The translations under genes were made by a program, and so were the position numbers. Of a DNA stretch of 64,000 nt, positions 56,943 through 64,000 are shown in pieces. Each line of letters opens with the position of its first letter. Position 1 is the stretch's first letter. The notes beneath the pieces are model-generated. The model was not told where the DNA came from, ran no database searches, and saw nothing but the letters and a program-made list of their open reading frames with translations. The stretch is from Candidatus Heimdallarchaeota archaeon. GTDB lineage: Archaea > Asgardarchaeota > Heimdallarchaeia > Hodarchaeales > Hodarchaeaceae. The stretch covers positions 192,001 through 256,000 of the forward strand of contig RDOB01000002.1 of assembly GCA_011364965.1 (NCBI GenBank), in the 5' to 3' direction.

Positions 56943-58442
56943 TTATCTCAACGCATCTGTGTATTTCTGGATTAATTTTGCTTTTAAATTGAATAATTTC
57001 TCTGTAAGACTCACTTTATATACGTGAGGATTGAGTAATCTCTTATAGGTTGAATCAAGTAGTTTCAAATCATTTTCTGTACGTTTTTGAGCATTTTTCC
57101 AATCAAAAAACTGCTCATCGATTGATAGTACTCCATTCTTCATAAATAATCTATGAAGAGGATTAATAATAATATCAGATGCTAATTCAAAAGATTTAAA
57201 TTGATCAATCGGATGATATATTCTATCTCCACTTCTCGGAGTCGATTCCTCTGATAATGCCATTACATCAGCAAGCAGTTTTCCATTACTATCTGTAATT
57301 CTCCAGACACATTTTTTCCCTGGATTTATTGTCTTGCTTACATTTTCACTAACTTTTATTTTCGGTTTATTGCCCAAAGCGACGAGTTTATATACTCCTC
57401 CCAAAGCACCATCCTTGTTACCAGTTATTAATTTGGTTCCTACTCCATAAGACAAATGTGAGATTGTTTCTTCGCATATTTTTTGATTCTTGGAATTACT
57501 AATCCCCTTTTCCCGGATTTGTTGGACTATTGAATTAATTGTGAATTCATCCAACTCATTTGAAAGGACTATTGTGATATTGGGGAAACCTTCTCGCTTA
57601 AAAACCTTATAGACCTCGAGTGATAAATACGCTAGATCTCCTGAATCAATTCTAACACCAACTAGCTCCTTTCCTTTGTTTCGCAACATTTTTGCTGTTT
57701 TAATGGCATTTGGTAATCCTGAATTTAATACATCATATGTATCTATCAATAACAAGCATGTTTCTGGGAAAACATTAGCATAAGACGAAAAAGCAGTGAT
57801 TTCTGAATTAAAAGCTTGTACCCAGGAATGCGCTTGAGTACCAACAATTGGACAATTCCAAATTTTTCCTGCTTGTACAAATGATGTTCCTTTGCAACCC
57901 CCAATTAATGCTGCTCTCACCCCAATATAAGCACTATCACCTTGTGCTCGTCTTAATCCAAATTCTATAACACTTCCTCCTCCTGCAGCTTGTACAATTC
58001 TTGCAGCTTTAGTAGATATTAAAGTTGAATAATTAATGATATTTAAAAGCGCAGTTTCTACCAATTGTGCTTCTATAATTGGAGCAGTTACAGTAATTAA
58101 TGGAACTGACGGAAAAACTACAGTTCCTTCTTCTACTCCAGTAACAGATCCAGTGAATTGGATTTCTCTTAAATAATCTAAAAAATCTTCAGTAAAAAGA
58201 TTCTGACTTCTCAAGTAAGTTATTTCTTCATCATTGAATTGGAAATTTTTTAAATATTCTAATGCTAGAGAAATTCCACTTGCAATGCTATATCCTCCTG
58301 AAAAAGGATTAGATCTAAAAAAAAGATCAAATGTTGCCTCTTGTTTAATTTTAAGATTGAAATATCCTTGACTCATCGTTAATTCATAAAGGTCTGTGAA
58401 AAGGCCTCTATTTTTGGTATAAAACATTTTATAGCCATCCAT
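56943..58442 (-). CDS. pncB: Nicotinate phosphoribosyltransferase
   Basis: TDLYELTM, EFGLRRAQG, GTQAHSW, LIDTYD, VRIDSGD, SNELDE, GVYKLV. Confidence 0.96.
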   Translation of the reverse strand: MDGYKMFYTKNRGLFTDLYELTMSQGYFNLKIKQEATFDLFFRSNPFSGGYSIASGISLALEYLKNFQFNDEEITYLRSQNLFTEDFLDYLREIQFTGSVTGVEEGTVVFPSVPLITVTAPIIEAQLVETALLNIINYSTLISTKAARIVQAAGGGSVIEFGLRRAQGDSAYIGVRAALIGGCKGTSFVQAGKIWNCPIVGTQAHSWVQAFNSEITAFSSYANVFPETCLLLIDTYDVLNSGLPNAIKTAKMLRNKGKELVGVRIDSGDLAYLSLEVYKVFKREGFPNITIVLSNELDEFTINSIVQQIREKGISNSKNQKICEETISHLSYGVGTKLITGNKDGALGGVYKLVALGNKPKIKVSENVSKTINPGKKCVWRITDSNGKLLADVMALSEESTPRSGDRIYHPIDQFKSFELASDIIINPLHRLFMKNGVLSIDEQFFDWKNAQKRTENDLKLLDSTYKRLLNPHVYKVSLTEKLFNLKAKLIQKYTDALR

Positions 58443-58506
58443 AATTATTTAGAGGAATTTAAAGAATATTCTATTTACTCTTAAAGGAAAATTAAAAGAA
58501 AGTTTT

Positions 58507-59238
58507 TTGAAGATATTCGGGAATTTAATTTTCATTGATGCAGTCAATGTGAGTGAAATGGAGATACAGGATATTAAACTTACTGGTCTTATCAAATTAG
58601 AACAAACTGATGGGCTAATTGTTATTGATATGCAGAATGATTTTTTACCTGGAGGAGCATTAGCTGTGAATGAGGGTGATATGATAATTCCAGGAATAAA
58701 TAATCTCACATCTAAATTTATTGAAGATGGCAATCCTGTTATTTTTACTCAAGATTGGCATCCGCCTAGCCACAAGTCTTTTGCTAGTTCGTATCCTGAT
58801 AAGAATCCAGGAGATCCAATTGAAACACCTGGTATAGGGCCTATTTTATGGCCCGATCATTGTATTCAAGAAACACCAGGAGCTTCTTTAGCACCAGGGT
58901 TAGCCAATATTGAGAGTGCAAGTCTTATTTTGCGTAAGGGTTTCCATCCTACTGTTGATTCCTATTCAGCCTTTCTAGAAAACGATAAAGTAACTGATAC
59001 AGGTTTACAGGCGTTTTTAGATGCTATGGGAATAACAAGGATTTTTCTTTGCGGTTTAGCCCTCGATTATTGTGTTTATTTTACAGCTATTGATGCTAAA
59101 TCCTTGGGATTTGATGTTGTTTTGGTTGCTGATCTCACTAAACCTGTTAATGCTCCCCCAGGTAGTGTTTCAAACGCTTTATCTCATATGAGAAAAGAAA
59201 AAGTATTGATTGTAACTGCAGATCAAATTTTAATTTAG
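58507..59238 (+). CDS. pncA: Nicotinamidase/pyrazinamidase
   Basis: IDMQNDF, TQDWHP, WPDHC, RKG...DSYSAF, GLALDYCV. The true start is probably somewhat downstream. Confidence 0.95.
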   Translation: MKIFGNLIFIDAVNVSEMEIQDIKLTGLIKLEQTDGLIVIDMQNDFLPGGALAVNEGDMIIPGINNLTSKFIEDGNPVIFTQDWHPPSHKSFASSYPDKNPGDPIETPGIGPILWPDHCIQETPGASLAPGLANIESASLILRKGFHPTVDSYSAFLENDKVTDTGLQAFLDAMGITRIFLCGLALDYCVYFTAIDAKSLGFDVVLVADLTKPVNAPPGSVSNALSHMRKEKVLIVTADQILI

Positions 59239-59258
59239 GCAACAAAAGATTAACATGA

Positions 59259-59864
59259 TTATGATTTTCTCGGGGAGAGATATTTTTGAACTAAGAATAG
59301 AAGTAAAAACATTGCGAAAGTTATAGATATGCCTAGAGTACCAAAACCTCTCTCCATACCCACTTCAATGAAGAAAGTACTGGTGAGAATTAAAATCCCC
59401 CATGAAACTGAAATGGTAATCCATGCTAAGAATCCTAAAGATAAAAGCTGCGTTTGGAATAGATGGAACAAACTGGTTCTTTCCCAGCTATCATCTGGAT
59501 ACTCTGTGTATTCTTCGTCCAACTGTCGATATTTAGCGACAATGTGCCAAGTCTCAAAAAATAACCAACATAAAACAACTCCAAGAACACTAATGTATAT
59601 GCTATTCAATCCAAAAATAATTCCTAATGAGAAATAAATAGTACTATAAATTCTTAATCCTAGTTTCAGTGTAAAGATGCCATAAATGGCAATTAATCCT
59701 AATAGGAAAAACAATAACATAAGCAGTAAGTAAAAAACAGAGTATGTTTGAAATACTTGCGAATAAATAAGCTGAAGTGCCAATATAAGAGGCACGAACG
59801 AAAAAATCAGAAAGATTAGCTCCATTACCAATTGAATGATCCAAATTATTGGTTTCAGCCTCAT
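59259..59864 (-). CDS. Integral membrane protein, last gene of the MoxR operon
   Basis: About 6 TM helices; ATGA overlap with the DUF58 gene. Confidence 0.8.
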   Translation of the reverse strand: MRLKPIIWIIQLVMELIFLIFSFVPLILALQLIYSQVFQTYSVFYLLLMLLFFLLGLIAIYGIFTLKLGLRIYSTIYFSLGIIFGLNSIYISVLGVVLCWLFFETWHIVAKYRQLDEEYTEYPDDSWERTSLFHLFQTQLLSLGFLAWITISVSWGILILTSTFFIEVGMERGFGTLGISITFAMFLLLFLVQKYLSPRKS

Positions 59865-61123
59865 TTTGTTCTCCTTACCTTAATGGTTTCATACTTTGGT
59901 CCAAAAGGATACCAAAATATCTGAGTAATGCCCAATTTAGATATCTGCCTCATTACATATGCTCTATCTAACGTTAAGAGTGCGTTTGCTAAGCTAGTAG
60001 CTTTTGATGCTATTTCGGTCGTTTCCTTATCATCCTCTAACCTTGGTATCAACATAGTTATTTCATGACCCTTTTTTGCCAAGTTCTGAAGAAAATCGAT
60101 CATTATTCTATTATATAAAGGACTGATAAGAAATATCTGTGAATTTGGGGGTATTGAAGGTAATAATCTTTTATGAAGTCTAATATTAAAAACCTCATCA
60201 TGTGATGGGTAAGAACAGCGTGTATCTATTAGAAATTCATTTATGCGTAAGAGTTGCCGTTTTCCTGGAGCTGCGGGGATTTCCTCTACAAATTCACCAA
60301 TAGCAATGAAACCAACTTTATTACGTTGAGAAATCAAATATTCAGCCGTTGATAGCGCAGCCATAACTCCTTCCTCTAGTACACGTTTAGTAGAGGTTGT
60401 ATGATCAAAAATTATGAACATTCTCGCTGCTTGATCAAATGCATATTCATTAGTAGCTAGTATATTATATTTCGCAGTCACTCTCCAATTTATAGCTCTA
60501 AATTCATCTCCTTCTTGGTATTCACGAACACCTTGAAAATCAAAATCCCGTCCCTTATACACAAGGCTAGGAATATTCCCCGTTTCTGGTAGTAGACGTT
60601 GTCGTATGACTGGGAGCGTTTTTAGTTTTAAAAGAGCAGGTACAACGGCAAAAGAATTATGAATTTGATACTCTCGGACATACGAATGAAGAAAAAAGGT
60701 ATCAGAGCTTTTTATGACGGCTGGCCCCAAAATATATCGCCCTCGTTTATGACATCTAATAGCATATTTGAACGATACGTTTTCTCCCTCTTTTAGTTCT
60801 ATTATCCAATGATTAGATCCTTCGTGAATAGTACAATATTCTGGTGTTTTATCAACTATTTCTAAAATTGGAATTCTTTTTCCTTTGTTTTGAACCGTGA
60901 GTTTAACGTAAATAAGTTCTCCATTTTCTTCAGTTCGGTTTCTTGAGATCCATCTTTTAATTTCCAGCTCCTGTGGGATTTCTGAGGTACTAAGTGAAAA
61001 GAAGAAAATGATGGTCAGAGGAAGTACTAATCCTGCTATAATCCAAATATGTAAAATTACTGAAGCAATTAAAAGGAGGAAGCTAAAATTTAGAAGCCCT
61101 AAAAGACGAGTTTGTTGTTCCAG
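59861..61123 (-). CDS. DUF58 family protein (vWA-like MoxR partner) with N-terminal TM helices; probable CTG start
   Basis: DFQGVREYQEGDEFRAINWRVTAK. The frame is open 131 codons upstream of the track start (60730) to a CTG at 61123, preceded by TAA and GGAGGA. Confidence 0.85.
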   Translation of the reverse strand: MEQQTRLLGLLNFSFLLLIASVILHIWIIAGLVLPLTIIFFFSLSTSEIPQELEIKRWISRNRTEENGELIYVKLTVQNKGKRIPILEIVDKTPEYCTIHEGSNHWIIELKEGENVSFKYAIRCHKRGRYILGPAVIKSSDTFFLHSYVREYQIHNSFAVVPALLKLKTLPVIRQRLLPETGNIPSLVYKGRDFDFQGVREYQEGDEFRAINWRVTAKYNILATNEYAFDQAARMFIIFDHTTSTKRVLEEGVMAALSTAEYLISQRNKVGFIAIGEFVEEIPAAPGKRQLLRINEFLIDTRCSYPSHDEVFNIRLHKRLLPSIPPNSQIFLISPLYNRIMIDFLQNLAKKGHEITMLIPRLEDDKETTEIASKATSLANALLTLDRAYVMRQISKLGITQIFWYPFGPKYETIKVRRTK

Positions 61124-61145
61124 TTATAATCCTCCAAAACTAAGG

Positions 61146-62105
61146 TTATTCTTTCCTTGGTGTTTTTACCTCAGATAATACTTTTTCAATTAATAAGTCA
61201 GCTGAAGTTCCAGAAAGCCAAGATCCAATTTCTAAAACCAGTCTATGAGCTAATGCACTCGCAGCTAAATCTTTTACATCTTGAGGAATTACATAATCCC
61301 TTTTGTTTATCATTGCATTTGCTCGTGCCAATGCCATTAGATCTAAAGATCCTCTAGGTGATGAACCTACTTTTACTTGAGGCATATCTCTTGTTTTTTG
61401 AACTATTGCCACTATATATTCTTTTATCTCATCTGACACATGGACCTTTTCAACTGATTGCTGCATATTCCAAAATGTTTCTCGATCGGTAATACGCTTA
61501 AAATCAAACATTTTTTTCTGCCTATTAATACGATTTGTTAATATTTGGCGTTCAGCTTGTGTTGAGGGATATCCGATTTTAATTTTGGCAAGAAAGCGAT
61601 CAATTTGCGCTTCAGGAAGCGCAAAAGTTCCCTCTAACTCAAGGGGATTTTGTGTAGCCACTACAAGAAAGGGTTTTGTATCTCCTGTTAGTTGATAGGT
61701 AGTTCCACCAACAGTTACTTGGTATTCCGCCATCGCTTCAAGTAGGGCACTTTGTGTCTTAGGAGTCGCTCGGTTTATTTCATCAGCAAGTATTATATCA
61801 GAAAATATTGGTCCTCTCTTAAATTGAAAATCATTAGTTTTCTGATTAAATATTTCCGAACCTGTTAAATCCTGTGGTAGAAGATCTGGAGTAAACTGAA
61901 TTCTCTTGAATTCACATCCAAGAGCCCTCGCAAACGCTCTACAAATCATAGTTTTTGCTAAACCTGGATAATCTTCAAATAAAACATGGCCATCTGCTAA
62001 AAATGCAGTCATAACTAGTCTTAAAGTAGTATCCTTGCCAATTATGTGATTTCCGATCTCTTTTAAGATGCGATCGCTTAATTCTGCTGTTTGTTCAATT
62101 ATCAT
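61146..62105 (-). CDS. moxR: MoxR family AAA+ ATPase
   Basis: GHVLFEDYPGLAKT, RIQFTPDLLP, LADEINRA, ATQNPLE, LPEAQIDRF, SSPRG. Confidence 0.95.
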   Translation of the reverse strand: MIIEQTAELSDRILKEIGNHIIGKDTTLRLVMTAFLADGHVLFEDYPGLAKTMICRAFARALGCEFKRIQFTPDLLPQDLTGSEIFNQKTNDFQFKRGPIFSDIILADEINRATPKTQSALLEAMAEYQVTVGGTTYQLTGDTKPFLVVATQNPLELEGTFALPEAQIDRFLAKIKIGYPSTQAERQILTNRINRQKKMFDFKRITDRETFWNMQQSVEKVHVSDEIKEYIVAIVQKTRDMPQVKVGSSPRGSLDLMALARANAMINKRDYVIPQDVKDLAASALAHRLVLEIGSWLSGTSADLLIEKVLSEVKTPRKE

Positions 62106-62111
62106 TATTTT

Positions 62112-62615
62112 TTACTCCATATCAAATACTAAAGGAATATCTATAATCCGTTCAACCTCTGAGAGTATCTGGTAAAACTCATCGCGCAGATAATCCGATG
62201 TATAACGTCGTTCTGATCGGATTGATCTAGAAATTTGATTATATTGATCATCAATCCATTTATTTGGATCTTTTAGTAGCAATCGTAAACTTTCTGATAT
62301 TTCAACTTCCTTCAAATTGTTTTTCAAGCTAAATTGTTCTTTGATAAGCTGAGATAAGAGTAGAGCTAATTGTCTTTGTCTATGGGGAGTTGACATTAAT
62401 GAAAGTTGAAAAAAATTAGAAAAAGTCTTACTATGTGGCCTTGGAGGGGCATTGTACTCAGATTTTCCTCTTGTAAAGTTTTCGGGCTCTTCATTAACAA
62501 GATAACCTTTCAACCAATGTGAGTGAATAGCTCTAGCAGCAACCAAAAATAAAGTCGCGAGAATAAATGTGAATAATAATTCAAAAACAGGTTTTACAAC
62601 AGAATTAATATTCAT
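62112..62615 (-). CDS. Membrane-anchored hypothetical protein of the MoxR operon
   Basis: N-terminal TM; ATG at 62615 overlaps the upstream gene end. Confidence 0.7.
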   Translation of the reverse strand: MNINSVVKPVFELLFTFILATLFLVAARAIHSHWLKGYLVNEEPENFTRGKSEYNAPPRPHSKTFSNFFQLSLMSTPHRQRQLALLLSQLIKEQFSLKNNLKEVEISESLRLLLKDPNKWIDDQYNQISRSIRSERRYTSDYLRDEFYQILSEVERIIDIPLVFDME

Positions 62616-63534
62616 CCATTTCCTCTCTTTCTTTCTTTTCCGAATCATTTGTCTCTAAATTTATATCCTCTGGTTCACCCGAGGGAAAAAGGATATTACC
62701 TGCTAATTTTTTTGCTAATGCCACCTGATCATCTGTTATTATATGAATGGAAAATTTCGCTTCTTCAAATAATTCCGTTAATCCATCAATATTGTTGGGC
62801 CGGGTTAAATCTTTTTCTTTAACGTCAGTGTCAAATTCAGTAGGTGTGAGACTATCAGATGTCTCTGCACCTCTTTCTTCAAGGGCTGTTGATGCTTGAT
62901 AATAACATTCTAAGATAGACCTCGTAGAATATTGAGTTTTTTCTTTTACTTCCGACTTTCCTGATCCCTCGTCTACAGGAAAAATTTTTTCATCCGATCG
63001 TCGCTGAATTATAAAAATCAAGATAATAGGCAACAATAATATACCAAATAAGATGATATTTCGAAAATTCTCTAAAAGACTGAAACTAGGCATTTCATTA
63101 GTAGTCGGATCTGAATTTCCAGTATTAGTGGTTGAGGTTATAATTGTGCTCGTAGTAACAGGTGTTGTAGTTCCTGGAAGCAAGCTAGTTGTTGTATTAG
63201 AATCTGGTACAATTATATTCTCTACTGGTTCAGGTATGGGGATAAAAATTATGGCTAAATAGAAGATTACAAAAATGAAGATCCATTTTCTAGGAGGAAG
63301 CCATTCAGTCTCTCTAATGTTGCGATTATATAAGAAAAAATAAAAGCTTGCAAATACAGGTAAAAGAAGCCCCAAAGATTCAAGAAGAGAGAGATTTAAG
63401 ACTAAAAAAGGCTCAATCAAACTCATTCTGAACTGCTGTTCAAGTGCTATCTGCGCAGTAGCAATTAACGTAAGGAAAACAAACAAAACTAGAAATCCAG
63501 AGTCCGTTAAAAATGAAAAGTCGTCTTTATTCAC
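62605..63534 (-). CDS. DUF4129-domain membrane protein
   Basis: TMs, Thr-rich linker, ILECY...SLTPTEF...LTELFEEAKFS. Confidence 0.85.
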   Translation of the reverse strand: MNKDDFSFLTDSGFLVLFVFLTLIATAQIALEQQFRMSLIEPFLVLNLSLLESLGLLLPVFASFYFFLYNRNIRETEWLPPRKWIFIFVIFYLAIIFIPIPEPVENIIVPDSNTTTSLLPGTTTPVTTSTIITSTTNTGNSDPTTNEMPSFSLLENFRNIILFGILLLPIILIFIIQRRSDEKIFPVDEGSGKSEVKEKTQYSTRSILECYYQASTALEERGAETSDSLTPTEFDTDVKEKDLTRPNNIDGLTELFEEAKFSIHIITDDQVALAKKLAGNILFPSGEPEDINLETNDSEKKEREEMDEY

Positions 63535-63738
63535 TTTTTTTCCCTAATAATAATCGCAAAACTATCAATTGCGATTTTTTGCGTACTTAATACTTTTTTC
63601 TCTTTCTGCAGGTTCTTCGGGAATTAAGGTAATCTCATCTAATATAACCAATAGACATATTATTAATCGAAACAAAGAGTACTACAATCCATTTGTTTAT
63701 CTTTCAACATTGAATGAGATTGTACTGGTGTTTCGTTA

Positions 63739-64000
63739 TTGCTTTTATATTGGATAGACAAAAAAAGGTTCGCAGGTTCAAATTCTCCCTCGATAGAGGA
63801 CTTTCCTTTTCTTAAATGCTTTGAGTGGGGAGGATTAATCTGCTTAGAGTCCGAACCTCTATCTGAAGAGATTTCACTACTTTTGGATGTACCTTTCTGC
63901 CATATTCCAATTGCGGATTTTTCACCTCCATCTCATGAAGATTTAGAGCAAATCCTTGAATTTTATAATTATTGTCAAGAAATGAGACCCAACTTTCCGC
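63739..64000 (+). CDS. Partial CDS: dual-specificity/PTP-fold phosphatase N-terminus
   Basis: Not in the ORF track. TTG at 63739 after GGTG: MLLYWIDKKRFAGSNSPSIEDFPFLKCFEWGGLICLESEPLSEEISLLLDVPFCHIPIADFSPPSHEDLEQILEFY...; the HCxxGxxR motif would fall just past the window end. Confidence 0.7.
   Translation, partial: MLLYWIDKKRFAGSNSPSIEDFPFLKCFEWGGLICLESEPLSEEISLLLDVPFCHIPIADFSPPSHEDLEQILEFYNYCQEMRPNFP

Noticed and set aside
60731-61123. Frameshift or pseudogene explanation for the short DUF58 ORF
   Set aside because: The upstream region is in the same open frame without stops, so a non-canonical start explains it better
2389-63262. Numerous short track ORFs nested in or antisense to long genes (e.g. 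2664..2981, 19439..19732, 43654..44364, 44787..45110, 59329..59637)
   Set aside because: Shadow ORFs overlapping well-supported genes with recognisable motifs
63569-63757. 62-aa ORF in the track
   Set aside because: No motif; occupies the divergent promoter region and overlaps the better-supported gene starting at 63739
63770-63790. tRNA T-loop-like GGTTCAAAT
   Set aside because: No acceptor or anticodon stems can be formed; it lies within the phosphatase-like reading frame
1-64000. CRISPR arrays, IS elements, integrase at the tRNA, rRNA, Sec/Pyl readthrough
   Set aside because: By eye I saw no spaced direct repeats, no transposase or integrase motifs, no duplicated tRNA 3' end, no long GC-rich structured tract, and no gene split by a single in-frame TGA/TAG

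Overview
AT-rich, gene-dense archaeal chromosome segment. It is most consistent with an Asgard archaeon, probably Heimdallarchaeia-like; this is an inference from two Rab-like GTPases, a gelsolin-domain protein, archaeal-type PurA and HMG-CoA synthase, and GGTGA/GGAGG Shine-Dalgarno sites. It holds about 55 CDS, mostly metabolic or envelope genes (class II HMG-CoA reductase, adk, purA, dcd, two gpmA, pncA/pncB, ggt, lactate permease, glycosyltransferases, a MoxR-DUF58-DUF4129 operon), plus one intron-less tRNA-Cys(GCA) that the ORF track hides. I found no CRISPR array, rRNA or transposase. Top candidates for a second look: a protein whose motif order resembles kinetochore CENP-N/Chl4, co-oriented between a Rab-like GTPase and a site-1-protease (MBTPS1)-like subtilase; a second S1P-like protease with a cytosolic Zn ribbon; a highly divergent RtcB-family ligase with an orphan partner; a 4-TM HEPN RNase; a PIN-TPR nuclease next to the tRNA; an HMG-CoA synthase-DUF35 fusion; a vWA receptor on a putative glycosylated beta-ribbon stalk; a SHOCT-ArsR/SHOCT-bactofilin divergon; and a CTG-initiated DUF58 gene. 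Two partial edge genes missed by the ORF track (SNAP-like TPR; dual-specificity phosphatase) were read by hand. All family calls come from motif recognition by eye, not from database searches.
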